The notes beneath the pieces are model-generated. The model was not told the origin of the DNA and ran no database searches. It saw nothing but the letters and a program-made list of their open reading frames with translations. A stretch of DNA of 38,390 nucleotides from Bacteroidia bacterium (GTDB lineage Bacteria; Bacteroidota; Bacteroidia; Flavobacteriales; Flavobacteriaceae), in the NCBI GenBank assembly GCA_030425715.1, contig JAUIAA010000001.1:1-38390 (forward strand), read 5' to 3'. The position numbers and the translations under genes are program-made. Every line of letters begins with the position of its first letter. Position 1 is the first letter of the stretch. Positions 26,345 through 36,357 of this stretch are shown piece by piece.

Positions 26345-26818
26345 TTATCTAGAAATGTTTAAAATTTCAAATTTCATGATTCCGTTAGGTGCATTTACTT
26401 CGGCAATTTCACCAACTTTTTTCCCTAACAATCCTTTTCCTATTGGAGAGTTTACAGAAATTTTTCCTTTGGCCAAATCAGAAACAGCATCCGCCACAAG
26501 CGTATATTCAAATTCCATATTGTTGGCTACATTCTTTATTTTTACAATAGACAATGCCAAAACTTTAGAAGTATCTAATTGCGACTCATCAATCAATCTT
26601 GCCTTTGATAATGTGTTTTTTAATTGTGCTATTTTAAATTCCAACAAAGATTGCTCTTCCTTTGCGGCATGGTATTCAGCATTTTCACTTAAATCTCCTT
26701 TATCTCTTGCATCTGCAATCTCTTTTGTTACCCTTGGGCGTTCCACTCTTTCGAGTTGTTCCAACTCATCACGCAATTTTTTTAACCCTTCTGCTGTATA
26801 ATATGCTACATCACTCAT
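26345..26818 (-). CDS. greA: Transcription elongation factor GreA
   Basis: GDLSENAEYHAAKE and ISVNSPIGKGLLG. Confidence 0.97.
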   Translation of the reverse strand: MSDVAYYTAEGLKKLRDELEQLERVERPRVTKEIADARDKGDLSENAEYHAAKEEQSLLEFKIAQLKNTLSKARLIDESQLDTSKVLALSIVKIKNVANNMEFEYTLVADAVSDLAKGKISVNSPIGKGLLGKKVGEIAEVNAPNGIMKFEILNISR

Positions 26819-26848
26819 TATAAATTCATTTTAATCGTTATATAAATA

Positions 26849-26899
26849 CAAAAAATCCCAAATCCAATAGATATGGAATGAGATTCATTTACAAAGGTA
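26849..26899 (-). promoter_or_regulatory. greA promoter -7 box plus leader terminator-like hairpin (candidate attenuator)
   Basis: TACCTTTG at 26899-26892, then AATCTCATTCCA-tatctat-TGGATTTGGGATT followed by a T run, all upstream of the greA start. Confidence 0.55.
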
Positions 26900-26947
26900 C
26901 GAATTATTTTAAAATCAAAATATTTGTACCTTGCGAAAAATTTTTAG

Positions 26948-27376
26948 ATGAAAAAATACCTAGTCCTTTTAGCTTTAATTGTTTCGTTTTACGGATGTAG
27001 TGATGACGATGGCATGGAAAATAATTTCTTGCCAAATGTACCCGTAAATGAAACCCTTTTTTTAAACAATCCACAATTTATAGATTTACAAGTGGTAGGC
27101 GGATGGGCTTATGCCAATGGCGGTATTAGCGGTTTGGTTATTTACCATGCTAGCTCTAATTTTTATTTGGCTTTTGAGCGAAGTGCTCCACATTTAAAAC
27201 CTAGTGCTTGTTCAAAAATGACCGTAAAAAATAGTATTGTAATGCACTGTGATTGCGATGGCGCTGAATTTAGTTTATTAGATGGATCTCCCATGACGGA
27301 TGGCATTAAATATCCAGCTTTACAATACAGAGCAAAACTTGTAGGAAATAATACCTTACAAATTTCAAATTTTTAA
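26948..27376 (+). CDS. Lipoprotein with degenerate Rieske-like domain
   Basis: Lipobox FYGC; AFERSAPH...HCDCDGAEFSLLDG. Confidence 0.7.
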   Translation: MKKYLVLLALIVSFYGCSDDDGMENNFLPNVPVNETLFLNNPQFIDLQVVGGWAYANGGISGLVIYHASSNFYLAFERSAPHLKPSACSKMTVKNSIVMHCDCDGAEFSLLDGSPMTDGIKYPALQYRAKLVGNNTLQISNF

Positions 27377-27387
27377 AAAACTTTTAC

Positions 27388-28536
27388 GTGATTCATTATT
27401 TTTCTTCCAATTTTAAACTAGGGGTTTTAGGTGGCGGTCAGCTAGGTAGAATGCTTTTAGCTGAAACCCAAAAATATGATATTTATACCCTAATTTTAGA
27501 TGCTGATAAAAATGCACCCTGTGCACAAATCTGCAATGAATTTCATCAAGGAAGTTTGATGGATTTTTACACTGTGTATCAATTTGGAAAAAAAGTTGAT
27601 GTGCTTACCATAGAAATTGAACACGTGAATATTGAAGCACTCTATAAATTGCAAGATGAAGGCGTTAAAGTATTTCCACAGCCAGAAGTTTTAGAAATCA
27701 TCCAACACAAAGGAAAACAAAAAGATTTTTTTGCCTCCAATACTATTCCTACCGCAAATTATAAAAGGTTTACAAACTTAACTTCCTTAAAAGAAAAATG
27801 CCAATTACCATTTGTATGGAAATCCGCACAATTTGGTTATGATGGTACAGGAGTAAAAGTAGTAAAAACAGATGCAGATCTAAGCAGTTTACCAGATACC
27901 GATTGTATTGTTGAAGAATTAGTGCCTTTTAAAAACGAATTGGCTGTGATTGTAGCCAGAAATGAAAACGGCGACACTAAAACCTACCCAGTTGTTGAGA
28001 TGGAATTTCACCCAGAAGCCAATCAGGTAGAATATGTAATTTGCCCTGCTAGAATAGATTCCGCAGTAGCTGAAAAAGCGAGAGCAATTGCCCTAAAAGT
28101 TGCCAAAAACTTCAACCATGTTGGCTTATTAGCCGTAGAAATGTTCCAAACAGAAAACGACGATATTTTGGTAAATGAAGTTGCTCCTAGAACACATAAC
28201 AGTGGCCATTACAGTATTGAAGCTAGCTATACCAATCAATTTGAGCAACATTTAAGAAGTGTTTTAAATCTTCCTTTAGGGAACACCGATAGTAAAGTAG
28301 CTGGCATTATGGTTAATTTAGTAGGTGCAGAAGGATTTACCGGAGATGTAGTTTACCGAGGTATGGAAGACATATTGGAAATTGACGGGGTTACCCCACA
28401 TATTTATGGCAAAAAAGAAACGAGGCCTTTTCGTAAAATGGGGCATGTAACTATAGTAGATAAAGATATAGATAAGGCAAGAAAAATTGCAGAAAGAGTA
28501 AAAAAAACTATAAAAGTAGAGAGTCGAAAGTTGTAA
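27388..28536 (+). CDS. purK: N5-carboxyaminoimidazole ribonucleotide synthase
   Basis: LGGGQLGRML, GYDGTG, NEVAPRTHNSGH, QFEQHLR and RKMGH. Confidence 0.96.
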   Translation: MIHYFSSNFKLGVLGGGQLGRMLLAETQKYDIYTLILDADKNAPCAQICNEFHQGSLMDFYTVYQFGKKVDVLTIEIEHVNIEALYKLQDEGVKVFPQPEVLEIIQHKGKQKDFFASNTIPTANYKRFTNLTSLKEKCQLPFVWKSAQFGYDGTGVKVVKTDADLSSLPDTDCIVEELVPFKNELAVIVARNENGDTKTYPVVEMEFHPEANQVEYVICPARIDSAVAEKARAIALKVAKNFNHVGLLAVEMFQTENDDILVNEVAPRTHNSGHYSIEASYTNQFEQHLRSVLNLPLGNTDSKVAGIMVNLVGAEGFTGDVVYRGMEDILEIDGVTPHIYGKKETRPFRKMGHVTIVDKDIDKARKIAERVKKTIKVESRKL

Positions 28537-28579
28537 GTCGGAAGTATATAATACAAACAAAATTCATTAATTTTATAAT

Positions 28580-28665
28580 AACTATCGACTTTAGACCATT
28601 GACCATTGACCATTGACCATTGACCATTGACCATTGACTATTGATTATTGATTATTGACTATTGA
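28580..28665 (+). repeat. Heptamer tandem repeat (GACCATT)6 plus variants
   Basis: Six perfect GACCATT at 28594-28635, then GACTATT, GATTATT x2, GACTATT; preceded by AACTATC and GACTTTA. Confidence 0.95.
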
Positions 28666-28678
28666 AAAATTAAAAAAG

Positions 28679-29470
28679 ATGCAATATACAGGTGTTTTAA
28701 AAAAAATGATGACAGAGCTAGATACGCTAGTACAATATTATTTGGATATGGATACCGATTTTTTGCACATGAATCAATTGTTAGAAAAGTCCATTTCTAT
28801 TTCTTTTGAAAAATACCAATGTTTATCTTGTGGAAAAGATAAAAAGATTTACCGCCAAGGATATTGTTATGATTGCTTTTACCAAACACCTCAAGCTGGA
28901 GATTGGATTATGCGACCTGAGTTAAGTACTGCGCATCTCGACAAAGAAGATCGAGATTTAGCTTATGAAAAAGCCATGCAATTACAACCTCATGTGGTGT
29001 ATTTGGCAAATTCAAGCAATGTTAAAGTTGGGGTAACTCGTAAATCGCAAATTCCTACCCGTTGGATTGATCAAGGTGCGCATGAAGCCATAGAAGTTGT
29101 GGAAGTGCCTAACCGTTATTTGGCAGGCATTACAGAAGTTGCATTGAAAGAACATATATCCGACAAGACCAATTGGCGTAAAATGCTTACCAATAATATT
29201 GAAGATGTTGATTTAAATCAAACCAAAGACAAACTGTCTCAGTACCTCCCTAAAGAAGTTTGCGACTACTATTTAGAGAATTCACAAGAAATTGAAATTA
29301 ATTTTCCAGTGCATAATTATCCCGCCAAGGTAAAAAGTCTCAACTTAGACAAAACGCCAAATTACCAAGGGGTATTAAAAGGAATCAAAGGTCAATATTT
29401 AATTTTTGAAGACAACACCGTTTTTAATGTAAGGAATTGGGAAGGTTATGTAGTAAAGATTTTAGTTTAA
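28679..29470 (+). CDS. DUF2797 domain protein
   Basis: C..C / C..C pairs, HVVYLANSS.VKVGVTR..QIPTRWIDQGA and L.GIKGQYL; start set at ATG 28679, downstream of the repeat. Confidence 0.88.
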   Translation: MQYTGVLKKMMTELDTLVQYYLDMDTDFLHMNQLLEKSISISFEKYQCLSCGKDKKIYRQGYCYDCFYQTPQAGDWIMRPELSTAHLDKEDRDLAYEKAMQLQPHVVYLANSSNVKVGVTRKSQIPTRWIDQGAHEAIEVVEVPNRYLAGITEVALKEHISDKTNWRKMLTNNIEDVDLNQTKDKLSQYLPKEVCDYYLENSQEIEINFPVHNYPAKVKSLNLDKTPNYQGVLKGIKGQYLIFEDNTVFNVRNWEGYVVKILV

Positions 29471-30151
29471 AGCAATCTCCTCCCCAACTTTTAAGTTAAA
29501 TTTTTTCCGAAAGGCATAAACACATAAATACAATAAAGGAGTATCAAGTAAGGCTATCAAAAGCTTATATAAAAATCCTGCAAGTAGTAAACTCCCGAAT
29601 AAATCCCAATCAATTACTCCAAAAAAACACAATAAAAATAAAACTGAAAAAGTATCTAAAAACTGAGAAGATATGGTTGAAAAATTATTGCGCAACCACA
29701 AATGTTTGCCCTGTGTTTTTTCTTTCCAAAAATGGTAAATACGTATATCAATAAATTGGGCAATTAAATAGGCCATCATAGAAGCAAACACCGCAACACC
29801 CGACAATCCAAAAACTTTATGAAAAACTGCATTGTCAATTGGCGACCAACTCGTAGCTGAAACAAAATCGGCAGTAGAAATAATCAACAAAGAAAATGCA
29901 GAAGCAAAAATACCAGTAACCACAACTTGATTTGCTTTTTTTCTTCCGTAAATCTCTGAAATAATATCGGTTACCAAAAAAGTTATAGGGTATGGTAAAA
30001 TCCCTACTGAAATTTCAAAAGTATAAATTCCGAAAAAATCCCAAGTGAAAAATTTTTGGAAAATTAAATTAGAAACTACCAAGGAAGCAATAAAAATAGA
30101 GGCTAAAATTAAGTAAATATGGAAAGCTAAAGATCTGTTTTTATCACTCAT
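29462..30151 (-). CDS. Queuosine precursor transporter (YhhQ/Vut_1 family)
   Basis: YPITFLVTDIISEIYG, AYLIAQFID, LWLRNNFST..SQFLDT and DTP. Confidence 0.92.
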   Translation of the reverse strand: MSDKNRSLAFHIYLILASIFIASLVVSNLIFQKFFTWDFFGIYTFEISVGILPYPITFLVTDIISEIYGRKKANQVVVTGIFASAFSLLIISTADFVSATSWSPIDNAVFHKVFGLSGVAVFASMMAYLIAQFIDIRIYHFWKEKTQGKHLWLRNNFSTISSQFLDTFSVLFLLCFFGVIDWDLFGSLLLAGFLYKLLIALLDTPLLYLCVYAFRKKFNLKVGEEIALN

Positions 30152-30230
30152 AGATTGGGTAGTTCAGTTTACGAAAATAGTAAAAATAAGGAAATAACAT
30201 TACTGCAAATCACTATCATATGGTATTTCA

Positions 30231-30293
30231 ACTTCAAACCACCAACTTCAAACTTTAGACTTTAGACTACCTACTTTAAATTTCAATCTTTAC
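30231..30293 (+). repeat. Degenerate heptamer repeat tract
   Basis: ACTTCAA ACCACCA ACTTCAA ACTTTAG ACTTTAG ACTACCT ACTTTAA ATTTCAA. Confidence 0.7.
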
Positions 30294-30344
30294 AACCAAC
30301 AATTCTTTTTTCCTTACTTTTGTTATTCAAAAAAAATTACACAC

Positions 30345-31223
30345 ATGCACGCATATATATTTCCTGGTCAAGGTGCCCAATTTTCTGGAATGGGATTAGA
30401 TTTATTTGAAAAATCTTCTTTAGCACAAGAATATTTTAACCATGCAAATAAAATTTTAGGGTTTTCAATTACCGATATAATGTTTAAAGGCTCTGACGAT
30501 GACCTAAAACAAACCAAAGTAACACAACCTGCTATTTTTTTACATTCGGTAATTTTAGCCAAAACCTTAGGCGAAGACTTTAAACCCGATATGGTTGCAG
30601 GGCATTCCTTAGGAGAATTTTCTGCCTTGGTTGCCAATAACGTTCTCGATTTTGAATCTGCATTACAATTGGTCTCTCAAAGAGCTCTAGCCATGCAAAA
30701 AGCCTGTGAAATTCAACCTTCCACTATGGCTGCTGTGTTAGGTTTGGACGATACTATTGTAGAAGAGGTTTGTGCACAAACAGATGGAATTGTGGTTGCT
30801 GCAAATTATAATTGCCCCGGACAATTGGTTATTTCTGGAGAATTAACTGCAATTAATAAAGCTTGTGAAGCCTTAACCGAAAAAGGTGCTCGTCGCGCTT
30901 TGGTGCTACCTGTTGGTGGTGCTTTTCATTCTCCATTGATGGAACCTGCTAGAGAAGAACTGGCTGCTGCAATTGAAAATACAACATTTAACGAACCTAT
31001 TTGTCCTATTTACCAAAATGTTACCGCAAATGCTGTAAATAGTGCAACAGAAATCAAAAAGAATTTAATCGCCCAATTAACTGCTCCTGTAAAGTGGACA
31101 CAAACCATCCAACAAATGATAGCAGATGGCGGAATAGAATTTACAGAAATTGGTCCAGGTAAAGTTTTACAAGGTTTGATGCGAAAAATAGATAGAAGTG
31201 TAAATACAAACGGATTTTCCTAA
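30345..31223 (+). CDS. fabD: Malonyl-CoA-ACP transacylase
   Basis: FPGQGAQ, GHSLGE, GAFHS and EIGPGKVL; -7 box TACTTTTG at 30315-30322. Confidence 0.97.
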   Translation: MHAYIFPGQGAQFSGMGLDLFEKSSLAQEYFNHANKILGFSITDIMFKGSDDDLKQTKVTQPAIFLHSVILAKTLGEDFKPDMVAGHSLGEFSALVANNVLDFESALQLVSQRALAMQKACEIQPSTMAAVLGLDDTIVEEVCAQTDGIVVAANYNCPGQLVISGELTAINKACEALTEKGARRALVLPVGGAFHSPLMEPAREELAAAIENTTFNEPICPIYQNVTANAVNSATEIKKNLIAQLTAPVKWTQTIQQMIADGGIEFTEIGPGKVLQGLMRKIDRSVNTNGFS

Positions 31224-31237
31224 ACACGCAAAACAAA

Positions 31238-31993
31238 ATGAGTCAAGGCATTATTTATACCAATATTACAAATAAAGTTGGCACCATTACCTTTGGGCAT
31301 CCAAAAAGCAATTCATTTCCTAGTGCATTATTACAAAAATTAATAGACTCTATTGGTAGGCTAGATCTCGATAACAAGGTACAGGTTATTGTATTAAAAA
31401 GTGAAGGCGAAAAAACTTTTTGTGCAGGAGCTTCCTTTGATGAATTATTACAAATAAAGGATATACCACAAGGTAAACAGTTTTTTTCGGGGTTTGCCAA
31501 CTTAATCAATGCCATGCGAAAATGCTCTAAAACCATTGTTGCAAGAGTACATGGAAAAGTTGTAGGTGGTGGTGTTGGCATTGTCGCTGCAGCGGATTAT
31601 GTTTTTGCAACCGAAGCTGCAAGTATCAAACTTTCTGAACTAAGTATTGGTATTGGTCCATTTGTAATCGAACCTGCCATTACCAGAAAAATTGGTATTG
31701 CGGCAATGAATGAATTAGCGCTTAATCCAACCGAATGGAAAACTGGATACTGGGCGCAAAATAAAGGGCTATTTGCCAAAGTATTTGAAAATAGGCGAGA
31801 TATGGACAAAGGCCTAGACGTATTTGTTTCCAATTTAGTAAGTTATAATCCTAAGGCATTAGCAGAATTAAAAAAAATAGCTTGGCAAAATACCGCACAT
31901 TGGGATCAATTATTATTGGAAAGAGCAGCAATAAGCGGTACATTGGTTTTATCTGATTTAACTAAAAATGCTTTGTCAAAATTTAAATCATGA
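31238..31993 (+). CDS. Enoyl-CoA hydratase/isomerase family (methylglutaconyl-CoA hydratase-like)
   Basis: FCAGASF, VHGKVVGGGVG and LSELSIGIGP. Confidence 0.9.
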   Translation: MSQGIIYTNITNKVGTITFGHPKSNSFPSALLQKLIDSIGRLDLDNKVQVIVLKSEGEKTFCAGASFDELLQIKDIPQGKQFFSGFANLINAMRKCSKTIVARVHGKVVGGGVGIVAAADYVFATEAASIKLSELSIGIGPFVIEPAITRKIGIAAMNELALNPTEWKTGYWAQNKGLFAKVFENRRDMDKGLDVFVSNLVSYNPKALAELKKIAWQNTAHWDQLLLERAAISGTLVLSDLTKNALSKFKS

Positions 31994-32169
31994 ACATTAT
32001 TGCTCTAATATTATTCCTACAAGTAGATATAGAGGAAAAAATAAAAAACGCTCCCGATAAAAGTTATGAAATAGGAGTCGTTATTGGTACTTATCTTCCG
32101 TTTGTAATTTTAGCTGGATTGGCTTATTTGTTTTACTATTTGGCTAAAAAAAGAAAGTCTAAAAATTAA
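31990..32169 (+). CDS. Small membrane protein (59 aa), absent from the ORF track
   Basis: ATGA overlap with the upstream stop; MNIIALILFLQVDIEEKIKNAPDKSYEIGVVIGTYLPFVILAGLAYLFYYLAKKRKSKN. Confidence 0.75.
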   Translation: MNIIALILFLQVDIEEKIKNAPDKSYEIGVVIGTYLPFVILAGLAYLFYYLAKKRKSKN

Positions 32170-32256
32170 TTCTTTTTCTGATTCGTTCCTTCTAAACCAA
32201 CCCAATAAATTTTTCATTTATTATCCTTAAATTGCTTTATCAAAATTTAAGGTTTA

Positions 32257-33738
32257 GTGAAAAAATATATTCTTGCCATAGACCAAGGAACCACTAGTTC
32301 TCGAACGGTCTTATTTAATGATAAAGGAGTTAATTGTGCCGTATCGCAAAGAGAAACTAAACAAATTTATCCCAAACATGGATGGGTAGAACAAGATGCT
32401 GAAAACATATACAAAACCCAACTAAAAACTTTAAGAGAAGTAGTTAAAACTGCCAATCTTAACCCAGTACAGATTGGGGCAATTGGCATTACCAATCAAA
32501 GAGAAACAACCGTAGTTTGGCATAAAAAAACCGGAAAACCCATTTACAACGCCATTGTTTGGCAAGATGTTCGAACTTCAAAATGGTGCCAAAAACTACA
32601 AAAGGCAGGCAAAGAAAAAATCATTAAAGAAAAAACGGGCTTGGTTTTAGATTCTTATTTTTCTGCAACCAAAATAAAATGGATTTTAGATACCATACCA
32701 AATGCTAGAACCCAAGCCAAAAATAATGAATTACTATTCGGTACTATTGATACATGGCTGCTTTGGAAAATGACCAAAGGAAAAATTCATGCTACAGATT
32801 ATTCCAATGCTTCCAGAACTTTACTATTTAATATTCATACTTTAAATTGGGATGAAGAATTATTAGATTTATTTGACATACCCAAATCTCTGCTCCCGCA
32901 AGTCAAACCTTCGAGTTATCATTTTGGGGATTTTAAGTTTGAAAAAATAAATATTCCAATTACAGGAATCGCTGGCGACCAACAAGCTGCACTTTTTGGT
33001 CAAGCTTGCTTTAAAAAAGGGGATACCAAAAATACCTATGGCACAGGCTGTTTTTTATTGATGAATACAGGCGAGAAAGCAAAACCATCTAAAAATGGCT
33101 TGCTCACTACCATTGCATGGGGTCTCAACCATAAAGTGTACTATGCCTTAGAAGGAAGTGTATTTATTGGAGGTGCAGCTATCAAATGGCTTAGAGATGG
33201 GTTGCAATTGATTAAAAATGCTGCGGAAAGTGAATTGTTCGCTTCAAAAGTGAAAGAAGAGAGTTCGGTTTATGTCGTTCCTGCATTTGCAGGTTTAGGT
33301 GCTCCTTTTTGGGATATGGATGCCCGGGGAGCTATTTTTGGATTGACGCAAGATACCAATAAAAACCACTTGATTAAAGCCACCTTAGAGTCTATTGCAT
33401 ATCGCAGTAAAGATTTAATTTTAGCAATGGAATCCGATTCAAATATTAAATTAGCCAATTTAAATGTAGATGGTGGTGCATCGGCAAACGGTTTTTTAAT
33501 GCAGTTTCAAGCAGATATTTTAAATACTATTGTGAAAAGGGCAAAAGTTATTGAATCTACCGCTTTGGGTGCAGCCTATTTAGCTGGGATAGAAATTGGC
33601 TTATGGACACAAGAGGAAATTATTAGCATGCAAGAAGACGAAGTTTCATTTTACCCTAAAATGAGTAAATCCAAACGCGAGCAATTGTATAAAAATTGGC
33701 TTAAAGCAGTAAAAAGATCTATGCATTGGGAAGACTAA
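32257..33738 (+). CDS. glpK: Glycerol kinase
   Basis: [28 protein letters not shown] and KNTYGTGCF. Confidence 0.97.
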   Translation: MKKYILAIDQGTTSSRTVLFNDKGVNCAVSQRETKQIYPKHGWVEQDAENIYKTQLKTLREVVKTANLNPVQIGAIGITNQRETTVVWHKKTGKPIYNAIVWQDVRTSKWCQKLQKAGKEKIIKEKTGLVLDSYFSATKIKWILDTIPNARTQAKNNELLFGTIDTWLLWKMTKGKIHATDYSNASRTLLFNIHTLNWDEELLDLFDIPKSLLPQVKPSSYHFGDFKFEKINIPITGIAGDQQAALFGQACFKKGDTKNTYGTGCFLLMNTGEKAKPSKNGLLTTIAWGLNHKVYYALEGSVFIGGAAIKWLRDGLQLIKNAAESELFASKVKEESSVYVVPAFAGLGAPFWDMDARGAIFGLTQDTNKNHLIKATLESIAYRSKDLILAMESDSNIKLANLNVDGGASANGFLMQFQADILNTIVKRAKVIESTALGAAYLAGIEIGLWTQEEIISMQEDEVSFYPKMSKSKREQLYKNWLKAVKRSMHWED

Positions 33739-33748
33739 ATAAAAAATA

Positions 33749-34144
33749 ATGAAAAAAGATATCACCATAGAAAAAGTAGAAAACCTAGAATTGGCAGTTG
33801 TGCAAGAATACAATCCAACCTTTAAAAGCAACGATTGGTATGCCTATTTAATCAATAAAAAAAATGTTGATTTAGAAGTGGTTTTGATTGTGTCAGATGG
33901 TAAAGATGGAAAAAAAACAACATCTACCATGCGGCATAAAATTGAAAAGATGCCTGCAAATACCATTGCAAAAGTAGAATTGATACAAGAAGAAATTCTA
34001 AAATTAGACAACCAATTCAAGGTTACCTTTTTTGAAGGGAATAAAATGCAAGAAAAAACCTTTATAATTCCTAAAAACTCCGTCAAAGAAGGCACATTAA
34101 GGCATATTAAAATATTGGACAAAAAAGGTGTAATTTTTAAATAA
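33749..34144 (+). CDS. Hypothetical protein
   Basis: 131 aa, tight operon spacing with both neighbours. Confidence 0.7.
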   Translation: MKKDITIEKVENLELAVVQEYNPTFKSNDWYAYLINKKNVDLEVVLIVSDGKDGKKTTSTMRHKIEKMPANTIAKVELIQEEILKLDNQFKVTFFEGNKMQEKTFIIPKNSVKEGTLRHIKILDKKGVIFK

Positions 34145-34147
34145 TGT

Positions 34148-34693
34148 ATGATGGGTAAGCAATTTAATCATATCAATAGCAGACTAAAATCTTTTATAGC
34201 AAAACAAAAAATATTCTTTGTAGCTACTGCCACAGCAGACAGTCGCGTAAATTTATCTCCCAAAGGAATGGATACTTTTAAGGTATTAAATAATAATAAA
34301 GTGCTTTGGTTAAATCTTACAGGTAGCGGTAACGAAACAGCGGCACATATACAAAAAGATGGTAGAATAACTATAATGTTTTGTGCTTTTGAAGGTGCTC
34401 CAATGATTTTAAGGCTGTATGGTACTGCAAAAGTAATCCACCCAAAAGATGAGGAATGGAAAGAAAACTATGCCAATTTTAAAGATTTAGCGGGTGCTCG
34501 CCAAATATTTGATGTGACCGTAGATTTAGTGCAAACCTCTTGTGGGATGTCTATCCCATATTTTGATTTTAAAGAAGAACGTTTGCAGCTCGATCAATGG
34601 GCTAATGAAAAAGGGGAAGAAGGAATTAAAAATTATTGGAAAGAAAAAAATGAAGAAAGTATAGATGGAATTCCTACATATATAAACGATTAA
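34148..34693 (+). CDS. Pyridoxamine 5'-phosphate oxidase family protein
   Basis: FFVATA, VNLSPKG, GSGNETAAH, MFCAFEG and VQTSCG. Confidence 0.9.
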   Translation: MMGKQFNHINSRLKSFIAKQKIFFVATATADSRVNLSPKGMDTFKVLNNNKVLWLNLTGSGNETAAHIQKDGRITIMFCAFEGAPMILRLYGTAKVIHPKDEEWKENYANFKDLAGARQIFDVTVDLVQTSCGMSIPYFDFKEERLQLDQWANEKGEEGIKNYWKEKNEESIDGIPTYIND

Positions 34694-36357
34694 TGACTGT
34701 TTTTTCAAACCTATACAGAGCAGAGATTATCGATAAATTAAAGTCGAATACCTTTGATATGTTGGTAATTGGTGGCGGAATTACAGGTGCTGGAATTGCA
34801 TTAGATGCTGCCTCACGCGGATTGAAAGTTGCTTTGGTAGAAAAAAACGATTTTGCTTCTGGTACTAGTTCCAAATCTACAAAATTGATACATGGTGGAT
34901 TGCGGTATTTAAAGCAGTTTGATTTTTGGTTGGTAAAAGAAGTTGGTACCGAACGTGCTATAGTACATCAACTTGCTCCTCACTTGGTTGTTCCTGAAAA
35001 AATGCTTTTACCAATTATTAAAAATGGAACTTATGGCTCTTGGTTAACTTCATTTGGATTAAAAATTTATGATGTTTTGGCAAGTGTAGAGGGAGAGGAT
35101 AAAAGAAGAATGCTACATAAAAGAGAAGCATTAGAATTAGAACCCTTACTGCCGCAAGATATTTTAGAAGGTGCTGGTTATTATGCTGAATATAGAACCG
35201 ATGATGCAAGATTGACTATAGAAGTATTAAAAACCGCAGCACAACATTCCGCGAAAGCGATAAACTACACAGCAGTCGAGCATTTTATTTATCAAGATGA
35301 GAGAATTACTGGTGCATCGGTTATAGATGAAATATCTAAAGAAAAATTTGAAATTCATGCAAAATGTATTGTAAATGCCACTGGCCCATGGGTAGATAAG
35401 ATTAGAGCTATAGACACTATACAACAAGTACAATCAAAAAAAAGATTACATCTAACCAAAGGTATACACCTTGTTTTTCCTTTTGAAAAGTTACCAGTGA
35501 AACAATCGGTATATTTTGATGTTCCTGATGGACGTATGATTTTCGCCATTCCTAGAGGGAAAATTACTTATGTGGGAACCACAGATACAAATTATTTGAG
35601 TGATATTAACAAGGTTACAGTAAATCAGGTTGATGCGCTATATATTATTAGTGCCATCAATCATATGTTTACTTCTATTGAGGTAAAAATGGAAGATATT
35701 CTTTCTAGCTGGGCTGGATTGCGGCCCTTGATACATGAAAAAAGGAAATCGCCAAGTGAATTGTCAAGAAAAGATGAAATTTTTGAGTCAGATTCGGGCT
35801 TGCTATCTATTGCTGGAGGGAAACTTACAGGTTATAGAAAAATGTCTGAACGAATTACCGATTTAGTTTGCAAGCGTTTAAAAAGAGATTTTGATGTTAA
35901 ATCAAAACCTATACAAACCGAACATTTACAACTGGTTGGAGGAGATTTTAAAAACTATAGCGAGGTAAAGGTTTTTACCAACAAAATTTACAACCAATTA
36001 AAACAGGATGGTTTTCAAAAAAAAGATGCCCAAATATTAGTCCACAAATATGGCACACAGTGTAACCTTATCCTACAAAAATATTTTTCTTTAAATAATA
36101 ATAATGATTGCGATATAAAACTAGCAAAGGCCGAATTGTGGTTTTGTTTACATTATGAAATGGTACAAAGACCATTAGATTTTTTTACCAGGCGAACGGG
36201 TAAATTATTTTTTGAAATAGAAACGATAGAAAAATTGAAAATTCCTATTTTAAAAGAATTCCAAAACCATTTTGAATGGAGTGATCAAACTTTTGCATTA
36301 GAAATGGAATTGCTTCACCAAGAGGTTAAAAAATGTACCGAATTTGAAACAAATTAA
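34693..36357 (+). CDS. glpD: FAD-dependent glycerol-3-phosphate dehydrogenase/oxidase
   Basis: IGGGITGAG, GTSSKSTKLIHGGLRYL, DDARL, WAGLRPL and GGKLT. Confidence 0.94.
   Translation: MTVFSNLYRAEIIDKLKSNTFDMLVIGGGITGAGIALDAASRGLKVALVEKNDFASGTSSKSTKLIHGGLRYLKQFDFWLVKEVGTERAIVHQLAPHLVVPEKMLLPIIKNGTYGSWLTSFGLKIYDVLASVEGEDKRRMLHKREALELEPLLPQDILEGAGYYAEYRTDDARLTIEVLKTAAQHSAKAINYTAVEHFIYQDERITGASVIDEISKEKFEIHAKCIVNATGPWVDKIRAIDTIQQVQSKKRLHLTKGIHLVFPFEKLPVKQSVYFDVPDGRMIFAIPRGKITYVGTTDTNYLSDINKVTVNQVDALYIISAINHMFTSIEVKMEDILSSWAGLRPLIHEKRKSPSELSRKDEIFESDSGLLSIAGGKLTGYRKMSERITDLVCKRLKRDFDVKSKPIQTEHLQLVGGDFKNYSEVKVFTNKIYNQLKQDGFQKKDAQILVHKYGTQCNLILQKYFSLNNNNDCDIKLAKAELWFCLHYEMVQRPLDFFTRRTGKLFFEIETIEKLKIPILKEFQNHFEWSDQTFALEMELLHQEVKKCTEFETN

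Noticed and set aside
28404-28634. ORF with MVNGQWS repeats
   Set aside because: Artefact of translating the GACCATT tandem repeat; it overlaps purK in antisense.
30152-30344. preQ1 riboswitch upstream of the queuosine precursor transporter
   Set aside because: No recognisable preQ1 aptamer stem or pseudoknot on the minus strand by eye; an Rfam scan would be needed.
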